DNA of 64,000 nt from Novosphingobium sp. Lineage in GTDB: Bacteria > Pseudomonadota > Alphaproteobacteria > Sphingomonadales > Sphingomonadaceae. The position numbers and the translations under genes are program-made. Shown here piece after piece: positions 1 through 10,381 of this stretch (the stretch's first letter is position 1; every line of letters starts with the position of its first letter). The DNA lies in NCBI GenBank assembly GCA_041912655.1, contig JAYRMP010000003.1, positions 5,711 to 69,710 on the forward strand, given 5' to 3'. The notes under the pieces are model-generated. The model saw only the letters and a program-made list of their open reading frames with translations, had not been told where the DNA came from and did no database searches.

Positions 1-348
1 TGGAAATCGCTGCGCCGCCAGATCCGGATCGAGGGCCGGGTGAGCGAGGTCGACCCGGCCGAGGCCGATGCCTATTTCGCCAGCCGCAGCCGCGATTCGC
101 AGCTGGGCGCCCTGGCATCCGACCAGTCCGCTCCGCTCGATTCGCGCGTCACCTTCCTGAAGCGGATCGCCAGCGTGACTGCGCGGCACCTGGTTGGCGC
201 TGTCCCGCGTCCGCCGCACTGGACCGGCTTCCGGCTCGATCCCCATGCCATCGAGTTCTGGATGGATCGTCCCTTCCGCCTGCACGAGCGGCGGCGCTTT
301 ACCCGGCTGGACGGCGGTGGCTGGACCAGCACGCTGCTTTACCCATGA
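1..348 (+). CDS. pdxH: Pyridoxamine 5'-phosphate oxidase (5' end outside window)
   Basis: Frame open from base 1: [12 protein letters not shown]...[17 protein letters not shown]...[11 protein letters not shown]....IEFW....FRLHERRRF...LLYP, the PdxH C-terminal signature. Confidence 0.95.
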   Translation, partial: WKSLRRQIRIEGRVSEVDPAEADAYFASRSRDSQLGALASDQSAPLDSRVTFLKRIASVTARHLVGAVPRPPHWTGFRLDPHAIEFWMDRPFRLHERRRFTRLDGGGWTSTLLYP

Positions 349-1283
349 CCAGCGAACTGTCCCTCAATCGCAGCGCGGCGCTGGCGAGCATCAGCGTGGC
401 CGTGCTGCTGGTGGCGCTCAAGACCTGGGCGGCGTGGTCGACCGGATCGACCGCGATGCTCGGCAGCCTGGCCGATACGGTGCTGGACCTTGTCGCCAGC
501 ATGGCGACGCTGGCCGGGGTATGGGTGGCGGCGCAGCCGGATGACGAAAACCACCGCTTCGGCCACGGCAAGGCCGAGGCGCTGGCCGCGATGTTCCAGG
601 TGGTGCTGATCTCGATTTCCGCATTGAGCCTGGCCGTGCGCGCCGTGGAACAATGGCTGGGCGGGCATCGCCCGGATGAGGCCGGAGGCGGCATTGCCGT
701 TTCGGTGATCGCCATGGCCGCGACTTTCGCGCTGCTGGCGTGGCAGCGCTACGTGATCCGCAAGACCGGCAGCCTCGCCATCGCCACCGACCATGTCCAT
801 TACCAGTCGGACCTGTTGCTCAATCTGGCGGTGATCGCGGCGCTGGCGCTCGTTCAGTACGCCGGTATCCGCGGCGCGGACCCGGCCTTCGGGCTCGCTA
901 TCGCCGCATGGCTGGGGTGGGGCGCGTGGGGAGCTTCGCAGCAGGCGATCGAGCAGCTGATGGACCACGAATGGCCCGAGGAGAAGAAGCAGCGCTTCCT
1001 GGAGGTTGTTGCCCGCCACCCCGAGCTCAAGGGGCTGCATGACCTGCGTACCCGCACTTCGGGCAATCGCGATTTCGTCCAGTTCCACGTCGCGGTCGAC
1101 CCGCAGATGACGGTGCGCGCCGCGCACGACGTGATGGACGAGATCGAGGACAAGCTGCTGGCCGAATTCCCGGGAATCGAAATCCTGATCCACCCCGATC
1201 CCGAAGGCCTGGTCAATGAAACCGGACTTGCCGCGCAGGACCTTCTTGCCGAACGCGAAGCCGCCCACGAGCGCGGGGAATAG
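345..1283 (+). CDS. Cation diffusion facilitator transporter (FieF/YiiP-like)
   Basis: Multiple TM helices; [24 protein letters not shown] and C-terminal ILIHPDP motifs; ATGA overlap with pdxH. Confidence 0.9.
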   Translation: MTSELSLNRSAALASISVAVLLVALKTWAAWSTGSTAMLGSLADTVLDLVASMATLAGVWVAAQPDDENHRFGHGKAEALAAMFQVVLISISALSLAVRAVEQWLGGHRPDEAGGGIAVSVIAMAATFALLAWQRYVIRKTGSLAIATDHVHYQSDLLLNLAVIAALALVQYAGIRGADPAFGLAIAAWLGWGAWGASQQAIEQLMDHEWPEEKKQRFLEVVARHPELKGLHDLRTRTSGNRDFVQFHVAVDPQMTVRAAHDVMDEIEDKLLAEFPGIEILIHPDPEGLVNETGLAAQDLLAEREAAHERGE

Positions 1284-1286
1284 ACC

Positions 1287-2240
1287 TCAGAGGTTGCGAC
1301 CCTCGCCCGCAAGGAAAGCCTCGTAGGCCCGGGCAATGCCTTCGCGCAGGCCTACCTTGGGCGCCCAGCCCATGGCCCTTAGCTTGCCGTTGTCCATCAG
1401 CTTGCGCGGAGTGCCGTCTGGCTTGCTGGGATCGGTGACGATCTCGCCGTCGTAATCCAGCACTTCCATCACCAGCCGGGCGAGATCGATGATCGCGATG
1501 TCATCGCCAGAGCCGACGTTGATGTGGCCTTCGCCCGAGTAGCCTTTCATCAGGAACACGCACGCATCGGCGCAATCATCGACGTAAAGGAATTCGCGGC
1601 GCGGACTGCCCGTGCCCCAGACTTCCAGGGGCCCGCCCGCCTTCTTCGCCTCGTGCACCTTGCGGATCAGCGCGGGCAGGACGTGGCTGCCCTTGAGGTC
1701 GAAGTTGTCGCCGGGGCCGTAGAGGTTGGTCGGCATGGCGCTGATGTAGTCGCAGCCGTATTCGCGGCGATAGGCCTGGGCCAGCTTGATCCCGGCGATC
1801 TTGGCGATCGCGTACCACTCGTTAGTCGGCTCCAGCGGGCCGGTCAGCAGCGCTTCCTCGCGGATCGGCTGCTCGGCGTGCTTGGGGTAGATGCACGAGG
1901 ATCCCAGGAACAGCAGCTTCTCCACCCCCACCGATTCGGCGCCGGTGAAGATCGAGGTTTCGATCAGCAGGTTGTCGCGCAGGAACTCCACCGGGCGGGT
2001 GTCGTTGGCGAGGATCCCACCGACCCGCGCCGCGGCGAGGAACACCGCCTGGGGGCGATGGTTGTGCATCCAGCCCAGCACCGCGCGCTGGTCGGTCAGG
2101 TCCAGCTCATCGCGCGAGACGGTGAGGACTTCGCAGCCCTCGCTTGCCAGCCGCCGCGCGATTGCGCCGCCAACCATGCCGCGGTGCCCCGCGACCCAGA
2201 CGCGCTTGCCGGCAAGATCGTAGGGCGCCGCAGTGGTCAT
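1287..2240 (-). CDS. fcl: GDP-L-fucose synthase
   Basis: [53 protein letters not shown]; coupled to gmd. Confidence 0.95.
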   Translation of the reverse strand: MTTAAPYDLAGKRVWVAGHRGMVGGAIARRLASEGCEVLTVSRDELDLTDQRAVLGWMHNHRPQAVFLAAARVGGILANDTRPVEFLRDNLLIETSIFTGAESVGVEKLLFLGSSCIYPKHAEQPIREEALLTGPLEPTNEWYAIAKIAGIKLAQAYRREYGCDYISAMPTNLYGPGDNFDLKGSHVLPALIRKVHEAKKAGGPLEVWGTGSPRREFLYVDDCADACVFLMKGYSGEGHINVGSGDDIAIIDLARLVMEVLDYDGEIVTDPSKPDGTPRKLMDNGKLRAMGWAPKVGLREGIARAYEAFLAGEGRNL

Positions 2241-3304
2241 GCCGAGCGGTCCAGCACCCCGCCCGCGCGCAGTTCGGCAAGGTCCGACTGCACCATCTCG
2301 CGCGCCAGTTCGCGAACCGGGGTTTCGTGCTTCCAGCCCAGCTTGGCATGGGCCTTGGCCGGATCGCCGATCAGCAGGTCGACTTCGGTCGGGCGGAAAT
2401 AACGCGGGTCGATCGCCACGCGCAGCGCGCCGGTGGCCTTGCAGTAGCCCTTTTCCTCGACGCCTTCACCGCGCCATTCGATGGCGATGCCGGCGTCCTC
2501 GAACGCCCATTCGACGAACTGGCGCACTGTGTTGGTCTCGCCCGTGGCCAGCACGTAGTCGTCCGGCACGTCCTGCTGGAGCATCAGCCACATGCCGCGC
2601 ACGTATTCGCGGGCGTGGCCCCAGTCGCGCTTGGCATCGAGGTTGCCGAGATAGAGCACGTCCTGCCGCGCCAGCGAGATCGCGGCGGCGGCGCGGGTGA
2701 TCTTGCGGGTCACGAAGGTTTCGCCGCGCAGCGGGCTTTCGTGGTTGAACAGGATGCCATTGGAGGCATGCATGCCATAGGCTTCGCGGTAGTTGACCAC
2801 GATCCAGTAGGCATAGAGCTTGGCCGCGGCATAGGGGCTGCGCGGATAGAACGGAGTAGTCTCGCGCTGCGGCACTTCCTGCACGAGGCCGTAGAGCTCG
2901 CTGGTCGAAGCCTGGTAGAAGCGGGTCTTCTTTTCCAGGCCCAGGATGCGGACTGCCTCGAGCAGGCGCAGGGTGCCCAGAGCGTCGGAGTTGGCGGTAT
3001 ATTCCGGCGTTTCGAAGCTGACCGCGACGTGGCTCTGCGCGGCGAGGTTGTAGATCTCGTCCGGCTGGGTTTCCTGGACGATGCGGATCAGGTTGGTCGC
3101 ATCGGTCAGGTCGCCGTAGTGTAGGGTCAGCTGCGGATCGGGAACGTGGGGATCCTGGTAGATATCGTCGATCCGCGCGGTGTTGAACGATGATGAGCGC
3201 CGCTTGATGCCGTGCACGCGGTAACCCTTTTCCAGCAGCAGCCGGGCGAGATAGGCCCCATCCTGGCCGGTCACGCCGGTGATCAATGCTGTCTTGCCAC
3301 TCAC
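2237..3304 (-). CDS. gmd: GDP-mannose 4,6-dehydratase
   Basis: [49 protein letters not shown]; start set at GTG 3304 (GTGA overlap with upstream stop), not at the ORF-track start 3484. Confidence 0.95.
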   Translation of the reverse strand: MSGKTALITGVTGQDGAYLARLLLEKGYRVHGIKRRSSSFNTARIDDIYQDPHVPDPQLTLHYGDLTDATNLIRIVQETQPDEIYNLAAQSHVAVSFETPEYTANSDALGTLRLLEAVRILGLEKKTRFYQASTSELYGLVQEVPQRETTPFYPRSPYAAAKLYAYWIVVNYREAYGMHASNGILFNHESPLRGETFVTRKITRAAAAISLARQDVLYLGNLDAKRDWGHAREYVRGMWLMLQQDVPDDYVLATGETNTVRQFVEWAFEDAGIAIEWRGEGVEEKGYCKATGALRVAIDPRYFRPTEVDLLIGDPAKAHAKLGWKHETPVRELAREMVQSDLAELRAGGVLDRSA

Positions 3305-4437
3305 TGCTGGGTCTCCTTGGGGAACAGTCGGATGATGCGCGAAATGCTTGCGCGAACGGGTTCGTGCTGGCCGTCGAGGGTCTTGCCGAGCCGGACCACT
3401 ACTACGCCGCGTTCGGGCACCACGGTAACATACTGGCCAAGATGGCCGTTCATGGAAAAGGTCGCCGCGCCGGTGCCGGGCCATTCAAGGTGGCCGTCGC
3501 TGGCCTGCGGGCGGTTGAGCCAGGTCTGTGCGCCGTAACCCTGGTTGCGAGGGTTGGGGCTGACCATGAAGTCGATCCATGCGGCGGGGACAAGCTGGGC
3601 CCCGCGAACTGCGCCCTTATTGCGCAGGAACTCGCCAAACCTGGCCCAATCGCGCGCCGATCCGTGGATCAGGCTGCCGCCGATCAGGGTGCCGGCGGCA
3701 TCGTATTCGGGTACCATGGACTTCATGCCGAGCGGTTCGAACAGGCGGGTGCGCAGGTAATCGTCGACCGCTCGGCGGCGCTCGGCGGGGTCCTGACTGG
3801 AGGTCAGCGCGCGCGCGGCGATATCGGCCAGGATCACCGTGGTCGCGCTGGAATATTCCCACTTTGCGCCGGGCTCAGCTTCAAGCGGCTGGGCTTCGGC
3901 ATAGGCAGCCATATTGTCGCGCCCGTCGAGGAACAGCATCCTGACCTCGTCCGATTCGTAGACCGGATCGCCCGCCTCGGTATGGCGCAGGCCGGATCGC
4001 ATCTGCAGCAGGTGGCGCAGCGTGATCTCGCCGCGCGGATCGCCGGCGCGCTGCCAGGCCGGCACCGGCGCGCTGTCATCCAGCCGCAGGCGCCCGTCGG
4101 CGACCAGCTGGCCGATCATCACGGCGGTGATCGTCTTGGCCATCGACCAGCTGACAAAGCGGGTGTTCTGGTGATAGCCCGGCGCATAGCGTTCGGCGAC
4201 GATCCGTCCGTCCCTCATCACCAGCACGGCGCGGGTCTCGGCGGTCTCGGGGCGGGTGAACAGGGCATCGACCGCGGTGGCAAGCTGCCGCCGGGGCGCA
4301 CCCGGGCTTTCCACCACGGCGGCCAGCGCTTCCTTGGCGGGGCCAGCGGCCGCCGGCGCAGAGCTTCCCTCGCTGCAGCCATTCAGGGCTGGCAGGGCAA
4401 GCAACGGCAGGATAAGGGGCAGAAAACGCGCGGACAT
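3301..4437 (-). CDS. Serine hydrolase, class C beta-lactamase-like lipoprotein
   Basis: SxxK (SWSMAK), [17 protein letters not shown]; lipobox LNGC after a hydrophobic signal; SD-like GAGGGAAG upstream of ATG 4437. Confidence 0.85.
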   Translation of the reverse strand: MSARFLPLILPLLALPALNGCSEGSSAPAAAGPAKEALAAVVESPGAPRRQLATAVDALFTRPETAETRAVLVMRDGRIVAERYAPGYHQNTRFVSWSMAKTITAVMIGQLVADGRLRLDDSAPVPAWQRAGDPRGEITLRHLLQMRSGLRHTEAGDPVYESDEVRMLFLDGRDNMAAYAEAQPLEAEPGAKWEYSSATTVILADIAARALTSSQDPAERRRAVDDYLRTRLFEPLGMKSMVPEYDAAGTLIGGSLIHGSARDWARFGEFLRNKGAVRGAQLVPAAWIDFMVSPNPRNQGYGAQTWLNRPQASDGHLEWPGTGAATFSMNGHLGQYVTVVPERGVVVVRLGKTLDGQHEPVRASISRIIRLFPKETQQ

Positions 4438-4468
4438 CGCCGCGCTTCCCTCGCGCAAAGGCAGGCGG

Positions 4469-4816
4469 ATGGCAACTGTAAACCGGGCACAATCAGGTAG
4501 ATCGCGCCGCTGGAGGCGATTTCTGCTGGTTGTACTGGTCCTGCTGGCGGGGCTGCTGGCTTGGTACTGGCGCCCGCTCAACGCCTTCGCCATGACCGGG
4601 GCCGCTTATGGCGCCCGGGTCGCCTGTTCGTGCCATTATGTCGGCGGGCGCAGCCTGTCGGACTGCCGCAAGGACTTCGAACCCGGAATGGAGCTGGTGA
4701 CCCTGTCCGCCGATGCCGAGGCCAAGAGCGTCACCGCGCGATTCCCGCTGCTCGCCACCCAGACCGGAACCTATCGCGAAGGCGAAGGTTGCCGGCTTGA
4801 ACCCTGGCGTGAATAA
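4469..4816 (+). CDS. Small membrane-anchored Cys-containing protein (115 aa)
   Basis: Basic N-terminus plus TM helix; GAAYGARVACSCHYVGGR...DC and YREGEGCRL; typical high-GC codon usage. Confidence 0.75.
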   Translation: MATVNRAQSGRSRRWRRFLLVVLVLLAGLLAWYWRPLNAFAMTGAAYGARVACSCHYVGGRSLSDCRKDFEPGMELVTLSADAEAKSVTARFPLLATQTGTYREGEGCRLEPWRE

Positions 4817-4854
4817 GGCCAGCAGTGCGGGCGAAACAACGAGATAGCGACTGA

Positions 4855-5898
4855 ATGACCGATTCCCCGATTGTGCCGGTGATCCTGTGCGGCGGCAGTG
4901 GCACCCGTCTGTGGCCGCGCAGCCGCGCCTCCTGCCCCAAGCCCTTCCTTCCGCTGGTCGGCGATTCGACCCTGTTCGAAGCCACCGTTTCGCGCTGCGC
5001 CGGAGCGGAGGGGTTCGCCCCTCCGGTCGTGGTTACCGGCACCGCGCATCTTGCCCACGTGGAGGCCCAGCTGGGCGGAATCGCCGGGGCCGAAGTCATC
5101 GTCGAGCCATCGGCCCGCAACACGGCGGCGGCAATTGCGCTGGCCGCGCTGCGCCTGCCCGCCGATGCCGTGATGCTGGTCTGCCCCAGCGATCACCACA
5201 TCGCCGATCCGGCCGCCTTCCGCGCTGTGGCCCGGGCGGCCTCCGCGCTGGCGCGGGAAGGCTGGCTGGTTTCATTCGGGATCGAAGCGACGGCCCCGGA
5301 AACCGGCTTCGGTTATCTCCAGCGGGGCGAGGCGATCAGCGATCTCGGCTATCGTACGGCGCGCTTCGTCGAGAAGCCCGATCTGGAACGCGCCCGGGCA
5401 TTCCTTGCCGATGGCGGCTATGCCTGGAACGGCGGCATCTTCGCCTTCCGTGCCGGAACCTTCCTGGAAGAGCTTGAATCCCACCGCCCGGCAATCGCGG
5501 CCCAGGCCCGCGCCGCAGTGGCCAAGGGCCATCAGGACGGCGCGCGCTTTCACCCCGATGCCGCCGCCTTTGCCGCGATCGACAGCGAATCGGTCGACTA
5601 TGCGGTGATGGAAAATACCGCGCGTGCCGCGATGGTCCCGGCGGACATGGGCTGGTCGGACATCGGCAACTGGGATGCGCTCCATGCCGCGCGCGATTGC
5701 GACGGCGCGGGGAACAGCGTTCGCGGGCAGGTCGAACTGGTCGATTGCCGCAATGTGCTGGTGGAAACGGATGGACCGCGCGTCTCCGCGATCGGACTGG
5801 AGGACGTGGTGATCGTCGTCGATGGCAACGAGGTGCTGGTGACCACCCGCGCCGGTGCGCAGCTGGTCGGCAAGCTGACCGGGGCGGCCAGCCAGTGA
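4855..5898 (+). CDS. manC: Mannose-1-phosphate guanylyltransferase
   Basis: PVILCGGSGTRLWPRSR..PKPF, EP..RNTA, PSDH, FVEKPD, WNGGIF, SVDYAVME, GWSDIGNW; no C-terminal cupin PMI domain. Confidence 0.93.
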   Translation: MTDSPIVPVILCGGSGTRLWPRSRASCPKPFLPLVGDSTLFEATVSRCAGAEGFAPPVVVTGTAHLAHVEAQLGGIAGAEVIVEPSARNTAAAIALAALRLPADAVMLVCPSDHHIADPAAFRAVARAASALAREGWLVSFGIEATAPETGFGYLQRGEAISDLGYRTARFVEKPDLERARAFLADGGYAWNGGIFAFRAGTFLEELESHRPAIAAQARAAVAKGHQDGARFHPDAAAFAAIDSESVDYAVMENTARAAMVPADMGWSDIGNWDALHAARDCDGAGNSVRGQVELVDCRNVLVETDGPRVSAIGLEDVVIVVDGNEVLVTTRAGAQLVGKLTGAASQ

Positions 5899-6692
5899 AC
5901 CGCCTGCTGGCCTCACGCGCGGTCGAGCGTCCGTGGGGCCGCGAACACCTGCCCGCACCCTTCGTGGCGCCGGCGGGCCAGAGGATCGGCGAGATCTGGT
6001 TCGAAACCCCGCCTGAACTCGAGGCGCTGCTGGTCAAGTACATCTTCACCAGCGAGGCGCTGTCGGTGCAGGTTCACCCGTCCGATGCCGATGCCCCGGG
6101 CGGGCGCGGCAAGGAAGAGTGCTGGCTGGTGACCAGCGCCGAACCCGGCGCAAGGCTGGGGATCGGCTTTCTTCAGCCGATAGGCGCCGAGGCGATGCGC
6201 GCCGCCGCGCTCGACGGCAGCATCGAGGACCTGCTCGAATGGCATCCGGCGGCGCCTGGCGACTTCTTCTATATCCCGGCGGGAACCGTTCACGCGATCG
6301 GCGCGGGGATCGGCCTGATCGAGGTCCAGCAGAACTGTGACATCACCTATCGGCTCTACGACTATGGTCGCCCGCGCGAACTGCATCTCGATGCGGGCAT
6401 GGCGGTGGCAGAGGGCCGTCCGCACGATCCTGCACTGCGCCGGCACCTGCCGGCGACGGGAAGCTGCACTCTTGTCGAGGGTCCGCATTTCCGGCTGGAC
6501 CGGATCGAGGGCAAGCCCGATGCCGAGACTCTGGCACGCTATCGCGGACCGGTGCTGGTGCTGCCGCTGGGGGGAGAAGTGACGGCGAAAGGCGCGTCGG
6601 CCCGCCCGGGCGACTGCGCGATCGTGTCAGATCTGGAGGACGTTTCGGCGGCTCCGGGAATGCACTGGCTCGCTGCGCAGCCCTGCTCCTGA
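5895..6692 (+). CDS. manA: Class I mannose-6-phosphate isomerase
   Basis: LSVQVHP, GKEECW, PAGTVHAIG, EVQQNCDITYRLYDYGRPRELH; GTG 5895 overlaps the manC stop. Confidence 0.88.
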   Translation: MNRLLASRAVERPWGREHLPAPFVAPAGQRIGEIWFETPPELEALLVKYIFTSEALSVQVHPSDADAPGGRGKEECWLVTSAEPGARLGIGFLQPIGAEAMRAAALDGSIEDLLEWHPAAPGDFFYIPAGTVHAIGAGIGLIEVQQNCDITYRLYDYGRPRELHLDAGMAVAEGRPHDPALRRHLPATGSCTLVEGPHFRLDRIEGKPDAETLARYRGPVLVLPLGGEVTAKGASARPGDCAIVSDLEDVSAAPGMHWLAAQPCS

Positions 6693-6698
6693 AGCGGA

Positions 6699-7844
6699 TC
6701 AGGCCGGGAAGGTTTCCTCAATCCAGCCGCCGCCGACCACGCGATCGCCCGCATAGAGCACTGCCGCCTGACCCGGCGCGACGCCGTATTCGCCTTGGGC
6801 GAAGCGGATCGTCGCTCCTGCTCCGTCCCCGAGCGGTCCCTCGAGCGTCACCGGCACGGGCCGGGCGAGCGAGCGGACCTTGGCGGTCAGTGGCGCGGCG
6901 GGCAGGGGGCCGATGCGATTGGTTTCGATCAACCGCGCCGCGCCGACCGCGAGCAGGCGGCGCGGACCGACGAGGACCCGGCGCGTCGCCGCGTCGATCC
7001 CGGTGACATAAAGCGGTTCGGGCTGGCCGCCGATCTCCAGGCCGCGGCGCTGGCCGACCGTGAAGTGGATGATGCCGCGGTGCTGGCCCAGCACCACCCC
7101 GGTTTCGGCATGGACGATCTCGCCCGGCTCCACGCCTTCGGGGCGCACGGCGCGGACCACCTTGGCATAGTCGCCATCGGGCACGAAGCAGATGTCCTGG
7201 CTGTCGGGCTTGCCCGCCACCTTCAGCCCCTCGGCCTCGGCGATCGCGCGGACCTGTGGTTTGGGCAGGCCGCCCAGCGGAAAGCGCAGGAAATCGAGCT
7301 GAGCCTCGGTAGTCGCGTAAAGAAAATAGCTCTGGTCGCGGGCGGGATCGAGCGCGCGGTGGAGTTCCGGCCCGGCCGCGCCGATGACCCGGCGGACATA
7401 GTGCCCCGTGGCCAGGCAATCCGCGCCCAGCTCGCGCGCCATCGCGAACAGGTCGGTAAACTTCGGCCCCATGTTGCAGCGAATGCACGGCACCGGGGTG
7501 CGTCCGGCCAGGTAGGAATCGGCGAACTGTTCGACCACTTCCTCGCGGAAGCTGTCGGCATGATCGAATACATAGTGCGCGATCCCCAGCCGGTCGGCCA
7601 CGGCGCGCGCATCGCGGATGTCGTCGCCCGCGCAGCACGCGCCCTTGCGGCCGCTTGCCGCGCCGTGATCGTAAAGCTGCAGGGTGACGCCGATCGTTTC
7701 CGCCCCGCTGCGCGCCGCCAGCGCCGCGACGACCGAGGAATCGACCCCGCCCGACATGGCAACCACGATCCGCCGCCCGGCCATCGGGCCTGGCAGCTGG
7801 AACAGTTCCGCGAAATCCGGAAGCGGGGCGAGGGTCATGGGCAT
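6699..7844 (-). CDS. mnmA: tRNA 2-thiouridine(34) synthase
   Basis: [50 protein letters not shown]. Confidence 0.96.
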   Translation of the reverse strand: MPMTLAPLPDFAELFQLPGPMAGRRIVVAMSGGVDSSVVAALAARSGAETIGVTLQLYDHGAASGRKGACCAGDDIRDARAVADRLGIAHYVFDHADSFREEVVEQFADSYLAGRTPVPCIRCNMGPKFTDLFAMARELGADCLATGHYVRRVIGAAGPELHRALDPARDQSYFLYATTEAQLDFLRFPLGGLPKPQVRAIAEAEGLKVAGKPDSQDICFVPDGDYAKVVRAVRPEGVEPGEIVHAETGVVLGQHRGIIHFTVGQRRGLEIGGQPEPLYVTGIDAATRRVLVGPRRLLAVGAARLIETNRIGPLPAAPLTAKVRSLARPVPVTLEGPLGDGAGATIRFAQGEYGVAPGQAAVLYAGDRVVGGGWIEETFPA

Positions 7845-7984
7845 GTTGCCCGCCCCTTACACGCAGCGTGCCGCGCAGGCAAAACCATCTCCCCAGCAGG
7901 GCGCGGGATTCCGGTAAGCAATCTCAACGCATCGTAAAGCGCGGCTTTACCCGATCTTGACCTTGTGCCGCTAAACCCGGGGTC

Positions 7985-8293
7985 ATGGAGATAGCAGACG
8001 ACCTCATGTCCAGCCTGCGTGGACGGATCGGAACGGGCCGCGGCAGCGCGGCGACCGGCGGAATCGACTGGCACGGGCTGCATTCGCGGCTTGCTGCCGC
8101 CCACGCCGCCCGCAGCGCCCTGACGCAGGGCGAATCGGATACGCCTCCCGTTTCGGGCGGTTTCACGGCGCTCGCTGGATTAGGTCATCCCTCACGTCAT
8201 GTTAACCCAACTGATTTAGCAGATGGCAAAGCCCCTGCTGGCAATGATTGGGCCATCGCCGGACAAGCCATGACCGGTGGTCGAGGACAATGA
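7985..8293 (+). CDS. Hypothetical protein upstream of and coupled to sciP
   Basis: 102-aa ORF whose TGA overlaps the sciP start (caATGATG); no family recognised; start uncertain (7985 or 8006). Confidence 0.5.
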   Translation: MEIADDLMSSLRGRIGTGRGSAATGGIDWHGLHSRLAAAHAARSALTQGESDTPPVSGGFTALAGLGHPSRHVNPTDLADGKAPAGNDWAIAGQAMTGGRGQ

Positions 8294-8592
8294 TGATCGA
8301 GAACCAGAAGATCCGACCTGCGATGGTCATCGGGCCGCTTGGCGAGCCGCTGACGCTTGAATCGCTCCCTGCGCCCAACACGACCCGCTGGGTGGTGCGT
8401 CGCAAGGCGGAAGTCGTGGCTGCGGTCAACGGCGGCCTGCTGACGATCGACGAGGTCTGCGAACGCTATGGCCTGACGCTCGAGGAATTTGCCTCGTGGC
8501 AGCGGGCGGTCGATCGTTCGGGCATGCAGGGCCTCAGGGTCACCCGCATCCAGCACTACCGCGACCTTTACGAGCGCCAGCTGAAGTACTGA
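8290..8592 (+). CDS. sciP: CtrA inhibitor SciP (DUF1153)
   Basis: VIGPLGEPLT...LP...TTRWVVRRKAEVVAAVNGGLL...CERYGLTLEEFASWQ..VDRSGMQGLRVTRIQHYR; divergent from mnmA; SD GAGGA. Confidence 0.93.
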   Translation: MMIENQKIRPAMVIGPLGEPLTLESLPAPNTTRWVVRRKAEVVAAVNGGLLTIDEVCERYGLTLEEFASWQRAVDRSGMQGLRVTRIQHYRDLYERQLKY

Positions 8593-8671
8593 TCCCCTTC
8601 GGGAATCTTTGCCGAACGGCCGGGGGCGGCTAAGCCTTCCGGCCGATTCGGCATTCCTGGATGGAGAGATC

Positions 8672-8950
8672 GTGGAAATCCTGACTGTCGGCGTTGCGCT
8701 GGCCCTGGGCGGGATCATCGGCTGGCTCGCCAGCCTGGTGATGAACCGTGACGCCTCGATGGGGGTGGCCGCCAATGTGCTGGTGGGCTGCCTTGGCTCC
8801 GTCGTGGGCCGGCTGCTGCTTGGCTGGCTGATCGGCGGAACCGGCCTTACCAGCGATCCGTTCGACTGGCGCACCCTGCTCAGTGCCTTTGTGGGCGCAG
8901 TGCTGCTGCTGGGGGCGTTCAACCTGGTTCGGCGGGGCAGGCTGCGCTGA
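8672..8950 (+). CDS. GlsB/YeaQ/YmgE (transglycosylase-associated) membrane protein
   Basis: GGIIGWLASLVM..D...G...NVLVGCLGSVVG...AFVGAVLLL; GGAGAG before GTG 8672. Confidence 0.85.
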   Translation: MEILTVGVALALGGIIGWLASLVMNRDASMGVAANVLVGCLGSVVGRLLLGWLIGGTGLTSDPFDWRTLLSAFVGAVLLLGAFNLVRRGRLR

Positions 8951-9074
8951 ATGTCCCCGGCATCACCGTTCGCAGACCCTGCATGGTCGTTCGCCGACCC
9001 TTCGATTGCCTCGCGCCCGGCACAGGTCTATGGCGCAAACTGCATTTTCCTCCGCAATGCACCGCGATCCGGGC

Positions 9075-9103
9075 TTGCGAGAGGTGATATAGTGAAATAA
9101 TAC
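9075..9103 (+). promoter_or_regulatory. Candidate sigma70 promoter of the RND operon
   Basis: TTGCGA-17 nt-TAATAC in an AT-rich patch about 70 nt upstream of ATG 9176. Confidence 0.4.
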
Positions 9104-9175
9104 AGTAAGGCCGGATCCTGCTCCGCCGTCCGGCGGAGTCACGGTCCGGCAATTACCGACAAGGGCTATTCCGGC

Positions 9176-10363
9176 ATGAATTTCGACGCGAGGATCGATC
9201 CAGGCAGCGCTTCGGCAGAGCAGCCTGACGGCAACCCGCTGTACGAGGGCGAGGAGGACCGCCGCTCGCGCCGGTGGCTGATCCTGGCCGGGATCGTTGT
9301 CCTGCTGGTGATGATCGCCATCTGGTTCGTGACCCGCGACAGCGGGGCGGATGCGGCCAAGGGCCCGCGCGAGCAGGCCCCGGTGGTCAGCGTGATCACT
9401 CCGGGCCGTACCACGATCATGGGTGAGATCGGGGTTACCGGCACTCTGGCGGCGCGGCGCGAAATGCCGGTCGGCGTTGCGGGCGAAGGCGGCCAGGTGG
9501 TGCGCGTGCTGGTCGAACCCGGACAGTGGGTCGCGCGCGGGCAGGTGCTGGCGATCGTCGATCGTTCGGTCCAGGTCCAGCAGCAGGCCAGCCAGGCGGC
9601 GCAGATCCAGGTCGCGCGTGCCAATGCCGATCTTGCCCAGGCGAATTACGACCGCGCGCTCAAGCTGGTCGACAAGGGTTTCATTTCGAAGGCCGACGTG
9701 GACCGGCTGCGGGCGACGCGCGACGCCGCCCTGGCGCAGACCCGGGTGGCCGGTGCACAGCTCGGCGTGCTTCAGGCCCAGACCCGGCGGCTCAACATCG
9801 TTGCTCCTTCAGCCGGGCTGGTGCTCGAACGGCGGGTTGAACCCGGCCAGGTGGTCAGCGGCGGCAGCGGCGTGCTGTTCCGACTGGCCGAAGGCGGACA
9901 GATGGAGCTCAAGGCCCAGGTTGGCGAGGCCGATCTGGCCCAGCTGGCCAATGGCGTATCCGCGACGGTCGTTCCGGTCGGCACCGACAAGGTCTTCACC
10001 GGGCAGGTCTGGCAGCTTTCGCCGGTGATCGATCCCGCGACCCGGCAGGGGACGGCGCGGATCGCGCTGGCCTATGCGCCGGAACTGCGGCCGGGCGGCT
10101 TTGCCAGCGCGAAGCTGGCCTCGGGCACAGTCGTCGCGCCGATGTTGCCGGAATCGGCGATTCTTTCGGACGACAAGGGCAGCTTCGTCTACGTGGTCGA
10201 CAAGGACAACAAGGCCCGCCGCCGCCCGATCAAGACCGGGCTGGTGACCGATGGCGGCATCGCCATCATCGAGGGTCTGGCGGGGAATGAGCGGATCGTG
10301 CTGCGCGCCGGCGGGTTCCTCCAGCCCGACCAGACCGTCCAGCCCCGCGCCGTGGCGAAGTAG
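9176..10363 (+). CDS. RND efflux periplasmic adaptor (MFP) subunit
   Basis: N-terminal TM anchor, lipoyl-like GQVVRVLVEPGQWV.RGQVL, coiled hairpin, IVAP.AG.V...VEPGQVV, LRPGGF; precedes the RND permease. Confidence 0.93.
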   Translation: MNFDARIDPGSASAEQPDGNPLYEGEEDRRSRRWLILAGIVVLLVMIAIWFVTRDSGADAAKGPREQAPVVSVITPGRTTIMGEIGVTGTLAARREMPVGVAGEGGQVVRVLVEPGQWVARGQVLAIVDRSVQVQQQASQAAQIQVARANADLAQANYDRALKLVDKGFISKADVDRLRATRDAALAQTRVAGAQLGVLQAQTRRLNIVAPSAGLVLERRVEPGQVVSGGSGVLFRLAEGGQMELKAQVGEADLAQLANGVSATVVPVGTDKVFTGQVWQLSPVIDPATRQGTARIALAYAPELRPGGFASAKLASGTVVAPMLPESAILSDDKGSFVYVVDKDNKARRRPIKTGLVTDGGIAIIEGLAGNERIVLRAGGFLQPDQTVQPRAVAK

Positions 10364-10381
10364 GCCGGACGGAGCGGCATC

